In this document: positions 31,574-42,295 of the stretch, one piece after another
Numbering within the stretch: the first letter of the stretch is position 1
Layout: each line of letters opens with the position of its first letter
Origin: an uncultured Chloroflexia bacterium
Lineage (GTDB): Bacteria; Chloroflexota; Anaerolineae; CG2-30-64-16
Length of the DNA stretch: 64,000 bases
Direction of reading: 5' to 3'
Assembly (NCBI GenBank): GCA_963810095.1
Contig: CAWEMM010000014.1
Location: 1 to 64,000, forward strand
The notes under the pieces: generated by a model
Database searches by the model: none
What the model was told of the DNA's origin: nothing
Seen by the model: the letters and a program-made list of their open reading frames with translations, nothing else
Position numbers and translations under genes: made by a program

Positions 31574-33319
31574 ATGGGATTCAACTGGACGATGACTGAA
31601 AACGACAATGTCAAGGTGGTGGCGGCCGAGGGCCGCAGCACTGCACAGGTGAAGTTCTCCGACCGTGGCATTTACGAAGCGCCGCTGCGCACCGAACTGC
31701 GCCACTATGTCGACGCGGCCGGCGCGGACCAACCCTGGCCCTTCCCGATCGTGGCTGCGCTTGATCGACGACGAACTCCGCGAACTGACGTACCACATCG
31801 ACCGGGACGTGGAAGTCGACGGCGTTGGGCACGGACGACCGCGACGGCAGCCGCATCTACCGCCGTTCGCTCACCTTCCTCCTCGTCGTCGCGGTGCACC
31901 AGCTCTTTCCCGACGCGATGGTCACAGTCGACCATTCGGTGACGTTCGGCGGCTACTACTGCGAGGTGCAGGGCCGGCCGCCGTTCACCGCGGAGGAGTT
32001 GGCCGCGATCCAGGAGCGCATGTACAGCATCGTCGCGGCGGACTCGCCCATTGACAAGGAGCGTGTGCCCCTGGCCGAGGCCATCGAGTTGTTCCGCGGC
32101 CGGGGCGAAGAGGACAAGGTGCGGCTGTTGCAGCACCGGCACAAGGACTATCTCGTCCTCTACGAGCTGTGCGGCTTCCGCGGCTATTTCCACGGCTACA
32201 TGGTGCCGTCGGCCGGCTACATCACGTCTTTCGCTTTACAGTACTACGCCCCCGGCTTTCTCCTGCGCTTCCCCCAGCGGCAAAGCATGGAGCTGGAGCC
32301 CGTCGTCGAGTACCCCAAGCTGGTGGGCGTCTTTCGCGATTACGGCGCGACGCTGCGCCTGCTCGGGCTGGAGGACGTCGGCTCGCTAAACACCGCAATC
32401 ACGGCCGGCCGCGCGAACGAGATCATGCTGGTGGCTGAAGCGCGGCACGAGCACGGCATCGCCTCGCTCGCCTCGCAGATTGCGAATGGCGGCGACTGCA
32501 AGAAGCTCGTGTTGATCGCGGGCCCTTCGTCTTCGGGCAAGACGACGTTTTCGAAGCGGCTGGCCGTCCAACTACTGGCCAACGGGATCCGCCCCATCGC
32601 GATCGAGATGGACAACTACTTCCTCGACCGGGAACTGACGCCGAAGGACGAGGCGGGCAACTACGATTTCGAGTGCCTGGAGGCGCTGGATCTGCCGCTG
32701 TTCAACCAGGACCTCGCCCGCTTGATGGCGGGGGAAGAGGTGCAGCTTCCGCGCGTACAACTTCCTTACCGGCAAGCGTGAGCCGGGCAGCACCATCCAG
32801 CTCGGCCCGGACCAGATCCTGCTGATCGAGGGCATTCACGGGCTCAACCCCAAGCTGGCGCCCGACGCCGCCCGCGACAGCGTTTTCCGCATCTACATTT
32901 CGGCACTCACCCAGCTCAACATCGACCGCCACAACCGGGTCTCGACGACCGACAACCGGCTGATTCGGCGGATCGTCCGCGATGCCCGGACGCGCGGCTA
33001 CACTGCGGCAGACACGATCGGCCGCTGGGAGAGCGTTCACCAGGGCGAGCGCAAGTACATCTTCCCGTACCAGGAGAACGCGGACGCCATGTTCAACTCC
33101 GCGCTCGTGTACGAGCTGTCTGTGTTGAAGACGTACGCCGAGCCGCTGCTGCTGCAGCTAGAACCGGGTAAGCCGGGCTATGTCGAGGCCCACCGGCTCT
33201 TGGCGTTCCTGAATTGGTTCGAGCCCATGCCCTCCGAGATGATCCCCTACAACTCCATCCTGCGCGAGTTTGTTGGCGGGGGCAATCTGGAGCGTTTCGA
33301 GCCCTGGCGCAAGGCGTAG
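31574..33319 (+). CDS. Nucleoside (uridine) kinase with an N-terminal ThrRS-like domain, frameshifted
   Basis: IYRRSLTF, YFHGYMVPS, IAGPSSSGKTT, DNYFLDRE, IEGIHGLNP, RLIRRIVRD, IFPYQENAD and FNSALVYEL motifs. Confidence 0.88.
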
Positions 33320-33324
33320 GTTCT

Positions 33325-33384
33325 GATGTAGCCGAACAAAAAGAGCCCGGAGGCGCCTCCGGGCTCTTTTTGTTCGGCTACATC
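33325..33384. terminator. Perfect 60-bp palindrome, bidirectional intrinsic terminator
   Basis: gatgtagccgaacaaaaagagcccggaggc|gcctccgggctctttttgttcggctacatc between convergent genes. Confidence 0.85.
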
Positions 33385-33390
33385 TGTTGC

Positions 33391-35284
33391 TCAGGCAGGT
33401 ACGGCCATCGCCGGCAGGGCGACGGGTATTGCGGCCGGCGCAGCCTCAAACTGGCTGTTGTACAGCTCGGCGTAGAACCCGTCGGCCGCCAGCAGTTCGC
33501 CGTGCGTCCCCTGCTCCACGATGTCGCCGTCCTTCATGACCAGGATCAGGTCGGCGTTCCGGATCGTCGAGAGGCGGTGCGCGATGATGAAGCTGGTACG
33601 GTTCTTCATCAGCTCATCCATCGCCTTCTGGATCAGGACCTCGGTGCGGGTGTCGACCGAGCTGGTCGCCTCGTCCAGGATCAGGATTTTCGGGTCGGCC
33701 AGCACGGCGCGGGCGATGGTGAGCAGCTGCATTTCGCCTTGCGACACGTTGCTGGTTTCCTCGTTGAGCACCATGTTGTACCCGTCGGGCAGCGTGCGGA
33801 TGAAGTGGTGCGCGTGGGCTGCTTTTGCCGCCGCAACCACCTCCTGGTCCGTCGCTTCCAGCCGGCCGTACCGGATGTTCTCCATGATCGTGCCGTTGTA
33901 GAGCCACGTGTCTTGCAGCACCATGCCGAACTGCTTGCGCAACTCCTCCCGGGTGAACTCGCGGATGTCGTGCCCGTCGACCAGGATGGCGCCGCTGTTC
34001 ACGTCGTAGAACCGCATCAGCAGCTTCACCATCGTCGTCTTGCCCGCGCCCGTCGGGCCGACGATGGCCACCTTCTGGCCGGGCCGGATCTTGGCGCTGA
34101 AGTCGTTGATGATGATCTTCTCCGGGCTGTAGCCGAAGTGCACGTCGCGGAACTCCACCGCGCCACGCACGGTCTCCAGCTTGCACCGGCTCAGCTGCTT
34201 CCGCCACCTCTTCGGGCTCGGCCAGGAACTCGAAGACCCGTTCCGCGGCCGCGCCGGCCGACTGGAGCACGTTCGAGATCTGGGCGAACTGTGCGATAGG
34301 CTGGGTGAAGGAGCGGACGTACTGGATGAACGCCTGGATGTCGCCGACAGTGATCATGCCGCGGGTGGCCAGCCAGCCGCCCAGGATGACGACGGCCACG
34401 TAGCCCAGGTTGCCGATGAAGCCCATGATGGGCATCATCATGCCCGAGAGGAACTGCGACTTCCAGGCCGCGCCGTAGAGCACCTCGTTGTAGCTGTCGA
34501 ACGTCTCGAGGCTGCGCTGCTCGCCGTTGAATGCCCTCATGACGACGTGCCCGCTGTACATCTCTTCCACGTGCCCGTTCACGTGCCCGAGATAGTCCTG
34601 CTGCTGCCGGAAGTATTTCTGTGACCGCTTGATGACCTGAGTGATGAAGAGCATGGACAGCGGCACGATGCCGAGCGCCACCACCGTCATCAGTGGACTG
34701 ATGGTGAGCATCATGATCAGCACGCCGACGATCGTCGTCACCGACGTGATGATTTGCATCAGGCTCTGGTTGAGCGTCTGGCTGATCGTGTCCACGTCGT
34801 TCGTGATGCGCGAGAGTACCTCGCCGTGGTTTGTGCCGTCGAAGTAGCGCAGCGGCATGCGGTTGATCTTCTCGGCAATGTCCTTCCGGAAGCGGTAAGT
34901 CACCTTCATCGAGATGCCGGCCATCACCCAACCCTGGATGGTGCCGAACAGGGCCGAGAGCAGGTACAGCCCCATCACGGTCAGGAGGATCTGGCCGATA
35001 TAGGCGAAGTCAACCGCCATGCCCGCGCCGCCCAGCCCGGCCATGACCCCGTTGAAGAGTGCGGTGGTCGCGCGGCCGAGGATCTTGGGACCCAGGATCG
35101 AGAAGACGGTCGAGGCGATGGCGAAAATCACGACCACGCCGATCGAAATCGTGTACGGCCCGAGATAGCGGACCAGCTTGAGCATGGTCCCTTTGAAGTC
35201 GCGGGGCTTCTCGCCGCTGCCCCCGAAGGCGTGGCCCCCCGGCCCGCCTCGGCCAGGTCCACCTGGTCTGCCACCAAACATCAT
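33391..35284 (-). CDS. ABC exporter permease/ATP-binding subunit (heterodimer partner), frameshifted near 34180
   Basis: TMD (LSRITNDVD) plus [29 protein letters not shown] and IAHRLSTI. Confidence 0.92.
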
Positions 35285-37532
35285 GCCAGTTCCTCCTTGC
35301 TGAGCTGGGAAGACGCGATCTCACGATAGGTTTCGCAGCTCTGCAACAACTCGCGGTGAGTGCCCTTGCCCACGATGCCGCCATCGTCCAGCACGATGAT
35401 CTGGTCCGCGTTCTTGATCGTCGAAACCCGCTGCGTCACGACGAGCAGCGTACTGTCCGCGGTGTGTTCGTGAAGCGCGCGGCGCAAGGCCGCATCGGTC
35501 TTGAAGTCCAGCGCGGAGAAGCTGTCGTCGAAGATGTACACCGGCGGTTTTTTGACCAGCGCCCGGGCGATAGAGAGGCGCTGTTTCTGGCCGCCCGACA
35601 CGTTCGCCCCGCCCTGGGCAATCTCCGCCGTCATCCCTTCGGGCCGGGCGGTGATAAACTCGGCCGCCTGTGCGATCGCCGCGGCCTCCGCCAGGATGCC
35701 CTCGTCCGCGTCTTCATCGGCATAGCGCAGGTTGCTCTCGATGGTGCCCGAGAACAGCATAGCCTTCTGCGGTACATACCCGATCCGGTCGCGCAGGTCT
35801 TCCTGGGTGACCGCCCGGATATCGACGCCGTCCATCCGGATCGAGCCGCCGCTTACGTCATAGAAACGCGGGATCAGGTTGACCAGCGTGGACTTGCCCG
35901 CGCCCGTCGGCCCGATGAACGCGGTCATCTGGCCGGGGAACGCGGTGAAGGTGATGCCCTGCAGCACATCTTCTTCGGCGCCGGGATAGCGAAAACGAAC
36001 ATCCTTGAACTCGATCGCGGCGCCTGCTTTGCCCGGTTCCAATACCGGCAGGCTCTGCGGCTGCTCGGGGTCCTTGATGCTCGCCTCCGTCGCCAGCACC
36101 TCTGCCACCCGATCCGCAGAAACGGACGCGCGGGGCAGGATGATGAACATGAACGACAGCATCAGGAATGAGAAGAGGATTTGCATGGCGTACTGGAGGA
36201 ACGCCATCATGTCGCCCACTTGCATGTTGCCGAGCGCCACCTGGTGGCTGCCCACCCAGATGATCGCCACCGTCACTGCGTTCATGACGAGCATCATGAG
36301 CGGCAGCATGAAGGCAAAGACCCGGCTGACAAACAGCATCGTGCTCGTCAGGTCGGTGTTGGCCCGGTCAAACCGCTGCAGCTCGAACGCCTGGCGGTCG
36401 AACGCGCGGATCACCATCATGCCGGACAGATTCTCGCGCATAACCAGGTTCAGCCGGTCGACCAGGGTCTGCACCTTGCGGAACCGGGGCATCACGATGG
36501 AGAACACGGTCAGGATCAGGCCCATGATGACGACCACCGCCAGTGCGATGATCCACCACATGGACAGGTCTTTGTTCACCGCCCGGATGATGCCGCCGAC
36601 CGCAATGATGGGCGCATAGAAGACCATGCGGATCATAATGATGACGACCATCTGGAGCTGTGTAATGTCGTTTGTGGTCCGCGTGATCAGCGTCGCCGGG
36701 GAGAAGTGGTCGAACTCGGCGCTAGAGAAACCTTCGACCTTTGCGAACTCAGCCCGGCGTAAGTCACGGGCGAAGCCGGCGCCCGCCTTGGCCGAAAGGA
36801 AGGCCACCGCAACCGCGCAGATGCCGCCCAGCAGCGACACGAGGATCATAATTGCGCCGATGCGCCAGATGTAGAGCGACTGGATCCGGTTTACATCCAT
36901 GCCCAGCGCGAGATACTCGCCCTTGACCACCTGCGCGGCCGCCGGCGTCAACATGCTTTCGCTCAACGCGCCGAACTGCTTGTTGATCGAAGTCATGATC
37001 TGGTTCTTCTGGCCGGCCGGCAGCTTGCCGAGCAGCGCAAAGACGTCGGTTCCCGGGGAACGCGGGAGAGATCGATGCCCGACGCCTTGCCGGCCGCGGC
37101 GGCCTTTGCGGGATCGGCCAGCATCTGCTCCAGGTTGCCGGTGATCAGGAGGGCCTTGCCAAAGACGGGCTCGAGCCACGCGGTCTCGGCCTCGGAGATA
37201 GACTTGCGAATGTACGCGGGCCCATTTGCCAGGCCCGGGTAATAGGCTGCAAGCGCGTCATACGCGGACGAGTTGCGATCGACGAGCACATAGTCGTCGA
37301 GGACGCGTCGTCCATCTTCCGCGCTCAGGAACACCAGCACCCGATTCATCTCGCTCTGGCGAATCGCGGCAGGCGCCGCTTCGGTAATGCCGGCCCCCTG
37401 GATGCCGTAATTCACGATCCTCGACATCAGGTCGGGCAGCGCCAGGTCACACATCGCCTGCACGAACAGGAGGACGATGGACAACGCGATGATCGCGCGG
37501 TATGGCTTGAGATACTTTAACAGTCGTCGCAT
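35281..37532 (-). CDS. ABC exporter permease/ATP-binding subunit with degenerate site, frameshifted
   Basis: DLALPDLMSRIVNYGI, LITRTTNDI, GPTGAGKST, VSGGQKQR, IFDDSFSALD and VTQRVSTI motifs. Confidence 0.92.
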
Positions 37533-37583
37533 AGGGTATTTCCTTGGGGCGGATAGCGCGGCGGGTGGACGGCCGCACGATCC

Positions 37584-38042
37584 CTATAGCTTCTCGATGT
37601 TTGCGCGCATCTGCGCCATTGCGCGGCGCATGCACGCCAGGTCCTCGTCGGTGACGCCTTTCAGCGCTTCGAGTGCAAACTGCCTGGCCGTCGACACGGC
37701 CTCACGCACCGAGCTTTTCCCGGTTTCTGTCAGCATCACCAGCGTAAAGCGGTTATCTGCCGGGTCGGCACGGCGCGAGAGCAGGCCCTCAGATTCCAGT
37801 TGCTTCACCATCCGCGTCACGGCCGCGCCGTCAACGTCCAGCCGCCGCTGCAGCTCATTCTGGCTCAGCTCGCCGAAGCGGTAGAGCATACCCATCGCAT
37901 GCATCCGGGCATCCGAGATGCCAACACGGCGTTGAAACGCCGCCTTGGCCGCCCGCATCAGGGCCCCCTGCTCGAATAGGAAGGTGTCTGTGGGCGTACT
38001 CGCCGGCGACCACAGCCCCTCGCCTTGATCTTCAACCTTCAC
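37584..38042 (-). CDS. MarR-family transcriptional regulator
   Basis: LSQNELQRRLDVDGAAVTRMVKQLESEGLLSRRADPADNRFTLVMLTETG. Confidence 0.9.
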   Translation of the reverse strand: MKVEDQGEGLWSPASTPTDTFLFEQGALMRAAKAAFQRRVGISDARMHAMGMLYRFGELSQNELQRRLDVDGAAVTRMVKQLESEGLLSRRADPADNRFTLVMLTETGKSSVREAVSTARQFALEALKGVTDEDLACMRRAMAQMRANIEKL

Positions 38043-38090
38043 GGTCTGGCCTCCCGCGCTCCGGACGTTAGTCGTCCGAATCGATTCGCG

Positions 38091-38119
38091 ATTGTACGCC
38101 CGAAGCGATGATTAGTCAA
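38091..38119 (-). promoter_or_regulatory. sigma70-type promoter for the marR-ABC operon
   Basis: Minus strand TTGACT-N17-TACAAT. Confidence 0.75.
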
Positions 38120-38212
38120 TAATTGGGGCATCAATGCTTGAGGGATCAACGGTTTGGGTGTTGTTCCTGCACCGAAGGTCTTCTCTTTCAGGAGCAGCGG
38201 GTTTTTCCCCGG

Positions 38213-38437
38213 CTATCTCACGTCTTTGCCGAACCAGAGCATCGCGCTTTCCACCCGGTCGCCGGCCGACTCCGCCGCGGCTCGCATCGCCGTGTTGCTG
38301 CTGCTCGTGCCCAGCCGTGCCCGGGTCGCACCCCGCGCCTTCAAATGCGCGCAGCCTCCCAGCCGTCCATCGGCGAGGAGCAGGTCAATCATGGGCTGCA
38401 AGTCCGCTGCCCCTGCAGATGCTTTGGAAGTCAGCAT
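38213..38437 (-). pseudogene. Probable internally deleted GNAT acetyltransferase remnant
   Basis: 74 aa; DLQPMIDLL is joined directly to LKARGATRARLGTSSSNTAMRAAAESAG, which resembles a GNAT C-terminal motif B. Confidence 0.45.
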
Positions 38438-38440
38438 GAA

Positions 38441-40033
38441 TCACTCCACGGGAAAGGCCAGGCCTGCACCATCCGCGGGTCCTACAGAGGGGCTGACGCT
38501 TTTCAGGACCGCAGCCAAGGGCGATCCGTCACGGACGAAAACGGCCGCGGCCCGGTCGGCATAGGCCAGCGTCCAGCCCGGCTTCTGGCGCATCAGCTCG
38601 TACACGGGGCGCTCCACGTCGACCAGGGCCAGCTCGGTTTCCGGCCGGTCGACGAGCCGGTCCCATTGGCCCTGGCCGCGCATGAAGTCGAGGTTCTCCC
38701 GGTACACCGCTTCCAAATAGACCGTTTCACGCCGCCCGTCTACCGACACCTGCACCGCCGGCCCGAGCTGCCAGATCACGTACTCGCCCCAGTTGAACTC
38801 GGTCGCCATGTTGCCGCGCGCGCCCGCTGCCTTCAGCGCTGCGACTGCATCGACCGGAAAGCCGGCGGACCGAGGCTCCACGACGATCGCTTGCAGGCGC
38901 GGGAGCGCCAATAGCAGGCAACCCAGGGCCGCAGCAGGCAAGACAAGCATCGCAGCCCGGTCGACGATCTGCGACAGCCGCCAGGGGATGCGGACGCTGC
39001 CGGAGATGCGATCCCACAGGTCTGCAAAGTGATCCGCGGCGAGCACCGGCGCGGCGACCGCGAAAAGGGGGATGTGCCGGATGGCGCTGAGGGGCAGGAG
39101 TGCAATCACTGCCAGCGGGACGAGGAGGCAGAGGCGCCGCGGCCGGCGACTGAGCCCCACGGTTGCCAAGGTGAGCCCGACGGCGATCAGCCAGCACTGG
39201 CTCCAAGGATCGGCGAGACGCGCCGAATGCCATTCCACCACTTCGGGGCGGGCCACCGTGGCAGTGCGGAGGAGGAAGGCCAAGAGTTGTCGGCCATACG
39301 GGTTGAGCAGCACGGCCAGCGGCGCGCATGCGAGCGCGACGACTACCTCGCGCTGCGGGGATCGCCCGAGCGGCGCCACCGAACGCGTGCGAAGCAGCGC
39401 TCCGCCGAGGTAAAGCAGGCCCCACAGGGTGAGGATGCCCAACCCTGCGAGAAACCCGCCGTGCAGGTTGGCCCACAGCGCCAGAAGCAGCGAGGTCGCG
39501 ATGGGGAACCACAGCTTGCGGCCCCCGCCCCGGGGGAGAGGCAACGCGGCCGGCATGGTGGTGTACCCGTCGATCAGGAGCAGCAGGACCAGGAACAGCA
39601 GGTAGGTGAAGACCTGGGGACGCACGTTGAGCACCGCAGGTCGCAGCACAAAGCTGGCGCCGAGGGTCAGCAAGAGGGCGCCAGTCGCGTTCATGCCCGC
39701 CCGCTGCAGCCGCCAATAGATCAGGCCGGCGATGAGCAGGCTCACCACCGAGTTTAGGGCGATCAGGCCGCGGGTGCCCGCCGAGTTGTAGACCAGCGCG
39801 TCGACGACTTCGGTCAGCCACTCGTGATTGATCCAGGGTTGGCCCGCAGTGAGGTAGGAGTAAGGGTCTGCACGCACGACCTGGCCGGTCAGGAGCGTGT
39901 CTTGCCCGAACCGCACGTGGCCCCAGAGGTCCGGGTCCGCAATCAACGGAGAGAAGAGGAGCAGCGCGGCCGTGAGGGCAAGGATGAAGTAGGACGCAGA
40001 TTGAACGGATCGAACCGATTTGCCTGATCTCAT
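38441..40033 (-). CDS. Polytopic membrane protein, GT-C glycosyltransferase-like
   Basis: DPDLWGHVRFG, DPYSY, WINHEWL, RPQVFT, WANLHGGF, NPYG and C-terminal WGEYVIW...VDGR motifs; about 11 TM helices. Confidence 0.72.
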   Translation of the reverse strand: MRSGKSVRSVQSASYFILALTAALLLFSPLIADPDLWGHVRFGQDTLLTGQVVRADPYSYLTAGQPWINHEWLTEVVDALVYNSAGTRGLIALNSVVSLLIAGLIYWRLQRAGMNATGALLLTLGASFVLRPAVLNVRPQVFTYLLFLVLLLLIDGYTTMPAALPLPRGGGRKLWFPIATSLLLALWANLHGGFLAGLGILTLWGLLYLGGALLRTRSVAPLGRSPQREVVVALACAPLAVLLNPYGRQLLAFLLRTATVARPEVVEWHSARLADPWSQCWLIAVGLTLATVGLSRRPRRLCLLVPLAVIALLPLSAIRHIPLFAVAAPVLAADHFADLWDRISGSVRIPWRLSQIVDRAAMLVLPAAALGCLLLALPRLQAIVVEPRSAGFPVDAVAALKAAGARGNMATEFNWGEYVIWQLGPAVQVSVDGRRETVYLEAVYRENLDFMRGQGQWDRLVDRPETELALVDVERPVYELMRQKPGWTLAYADRAAAVFVRDGSPLAAVLKSVSPSVGPADGAGLAFPVE

Positions 40034-40086
40034 CGCAGGGGTCAGAGGAATCATAATGATCAGTTCAATCAGTTCGATCTGCGTCC
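39992..40086. repeat. Periodic palindrome, GACGCAGAT family, copy 2
   Basis: ggacgcagat-tgaacggat-cgaaccgat-ttgcctgat ... atcataatg-atcagttca-atcagttcg-atctgcgtcc. Confidence 0.8.
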
Positions 40087-40104
40087 AGTCACGCGCCCGG
40101 GCGA

Positions 40105-41301
40105 TCAGCTCAGCACGGCCTCGATGTGCTCCAGCGCCCAGTCCACCTCGTCCTTCTTGATGACGAGGGGCGGCGCGAGGCGGATGACGTTCTGATGCGT
40201 CTCCTTGCACAGCAGCCCGCGCTGCATCAGCGTCTCGCAGAAGCGCCGGGCGCCGCCGGCCTCGGGGTGCAGCTCCACGCCGATCATCAGGCCCTTGCCG
40301 CGCACTTCCTTGATGTAGGGGCTTTCGATGCGCGCCAGGCAGCCCAGCATGTACTCGCCCATCGTGGCCGCGTTCTCGATCATGCCTTCTTCGACCAGCA
40401 CCTTGAGCGCCATGCGGGCCACTGCACACGCCAGCGGATTGCCCCCGAACGTGCTGCCGTGATCGCCGGGCTGGAAGACGCCGAGGATTTCTGTATTGGA
40501 GAGGACCGCCGAGACCGGGTAGAGCCCGCCCGACAACGCCTTGCCGATCATGGTCAGGTCGGCTTCGATCCCCTCATGCTCTTCGGCCAGCAGCTTGCCG
40601 GTGCGGCCCAGGCCCGTCTGGATTTCGTCCGTCATCAGCGCGATGTTGTGCTCGGTGCAGATGCGGCGCACGTCGCGCAGGTAGCCTGCGGGCGGGATGA
40701 TAATGCCGGCCTCACCCTGGATCGGCTCGACCATGAACGCGACGGTGTTCGGGCCGATGGCGTCTTCGAGCGCGTGCGCGTCGCCGTACGGGATGATCTT
40801 GAAGCCGGGCGTGAAGGGGGCGTAGCCATCGCGATACTGCGACTCGGTGCTGAAGCCGACAATGGTGACGGTGCGGCCGTGGAAGTTGTTCTCACAAACA
40901 ATGATCTCGGCCTGGCCCTCGGGCACACCCTTGACCTTGTACCCCCACTTGCGCGCGGCCTTGATGCACGACTCGACGGCTTCGGCGCCGCTGTTCATGG
41001 GTAGGGCGGTGTGCGAATGGGTCAGCTCGCACAGTTCCTTGTAGAAGAGTCCCAGTTGATCGTTGCGGAACGCGCGGGAGGTCAGGGTGATCTTGGCCGC
41101 CTGTTCCTGCATGACCTGCACGATCTTAGGATGGCAGTGCCCCTGGTTGACCGCAGAGTAAGCCGACAGGCAGTCCATGTAGCGTTTGCCGTCCACGTCC
41201 CAGACCCAGATCCCCTCGCCGCGCGTCAGCACGACGTCCAATGGCTTGTAGTTGGTTGCGCCGTACTGCTTTTCCAGCGCGATATAGTCCTGCGTGTTCA
41301 C
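40105..41301 (-). CDS. rocD: Ornithine--oxo-acid aminotransferase
   Basis: [66 protein letters not shown] and HGSTFGGNP motifs. Confidence 0.95.
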   Translation of the reverse strand: MNTQDYIALEKQYGATNYKPLDVVLTRGEGIWVWDVDGKRYMDCLSAYSAVNQGHCHPKIVQVMQEQAAKITLTSRAFRNDQLGLFYKELCELTHSHTALPMNSGAEAVESCIKAARKWGYKVKGVPEGQAEIIVCENNFHGRTVTIVGFSTESQYRDGYAPFTPGFKIIPYGDAHALEDAIGPNTVAFMVEPIQGEAGIIIPPAGYLRDVRRICTEHNIALMTDEIQTGLGRTGKLLAEEHEGIEADLTMIGKALSGGLYPVSAVLSNTEILGVFQPGDHGSTFGGNPLACAVARMALKVLVEEGMIENAATMGEYMLGCLARIESPYIKEVRGKGLMIGVELHPEAGGARRFCETLMQRGLLCKETHQNVIRLAPPLVIKKDEVDWALEHIEAVLS

Positions 41302-41461
41302 AGAAAGTGACCCCCTTGTCGGATAGTGAAGTGAGTGTAGCACAGCAACGGAGGCAACTCAAAAGCAAGGCGCGAATGCCACCCCGCCCGCTGCGTATCT
41401 TCCCGGCCGGTGCTATACTATCGCCCACAGGGACTTTCCTGCTGCCGAATCCGGATGGAGT

Positions 41462-42121
41462 ATGTACAAACGCGACTACATCATGCGCATGATCGAACAG
41501 TTGGGGGTGGCCTTCCAGGCAATCCTGGGCCTCAAAAGCCAGGGGGAGTACGACGAGGCGGAGCGGGCTCTCTCGCGCACGGGCCAGCAGTTGCTCGGCT
41601 TCGATATGGACTTGCTCCGCACACTCTCGGAAGAAGCGATCATCTCGCTGCTGCGACGCCCGGACCCCTCGGACGTGGGCGCGTATGTCGTGGCCGCGGA
41701 GCTCCTGCGCGAGCAGGGGCAGATCGACGAAATCCGGCGCGGGTCAGATGCCGGCTATGACTGCAACCTCAAGGCGTTGGCCTTGTATCTCGAGGCCTGC
41801 ACGAACGCGCCCGAGTGGTGTTCGGAGGACGTCGTCGTCAAGGTGCACGATTTGACGGATCGGCTGGCTGGCTACGACCTGCCCGAGCCCATCCGGCGCA
41901 AGTTGTTCGCCTACTATGAACTGATCGGCGACTATGCAGAAGCCGAAAACGTCCTCTTTGAGCTGGCCGAAGCGGGCGCAGTCGATGCGCCGGAACTGGG
42001 CGCCGCCTTCTATGCCCGGCTAGGGTCCATGACCGATGCGGAGTTGGCGCAGGGTGGGCTGCCCAGGGACGAGGTGGAAGAGGGCCACGAGGCGTTCCGA
42101 GAGTTGATCCATCCCCGCTGA
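41462..42121 (+). CDS. DUF6483-like helical protein
   Basis: N-terminal MYKRDYIMRMIEQL and C-terminal G(D)YAEAENVLF...FYARL...LAQGGLPRDEVEEG. Confidence 0.7.
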   Translation: MYKRDYIMRMIEQLGVAFQAILGLKSQGEYDEAERALSRTGQQLLGFDMDLLRTLSEEAIISLLRRPDPSDVGAYVVAAELLREQGQIDEIRRGSDAGYDCNLKALALYLEACTNAPEWCSEDVVVKVHDLTDRLAGYDLPEPIRRKLFAYYELIGDYAEAENVLFELAEAGAVDAPELGAAFYARLGSMTDAELAQGGLPRDEVEEGHEAFRELIHPR

Positions 42122-42235
42122 CACGGATCATGCAGCGATGGGAAGTGGAGTCGGTGGAGAAAGTGGAGTGAGCGCTAACGTTAGAGGCTTGGAGTGACGG
42201 CGACGACAAGTCGCAGCTCTTGACACTCGCTTGTG

Positions 42236-42276
42236 AATTCGGCTATCATGCAGTCGCACTGCATGATAGCCGAATT
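42236..42276. promoter_or_regulatory. Perfect 19-bp inverted repeat upstream of the AAA ATPase gene
   Basis: aattcggctatcatgcagt-cgc-actgcatgatagccgaatt, 19 bp before ATG 42296. Confidence 0.65.
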
Positions 42277-42295
42277 TTATGATCAGGGAACTGCG

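Noticed and set aside
40034-40429. 662-aa version of the GT-C-like ORF overlapping rocD
   Set aside because: The extension is an alternative frame of rocD plus repeat sequence with no protein-like signal.
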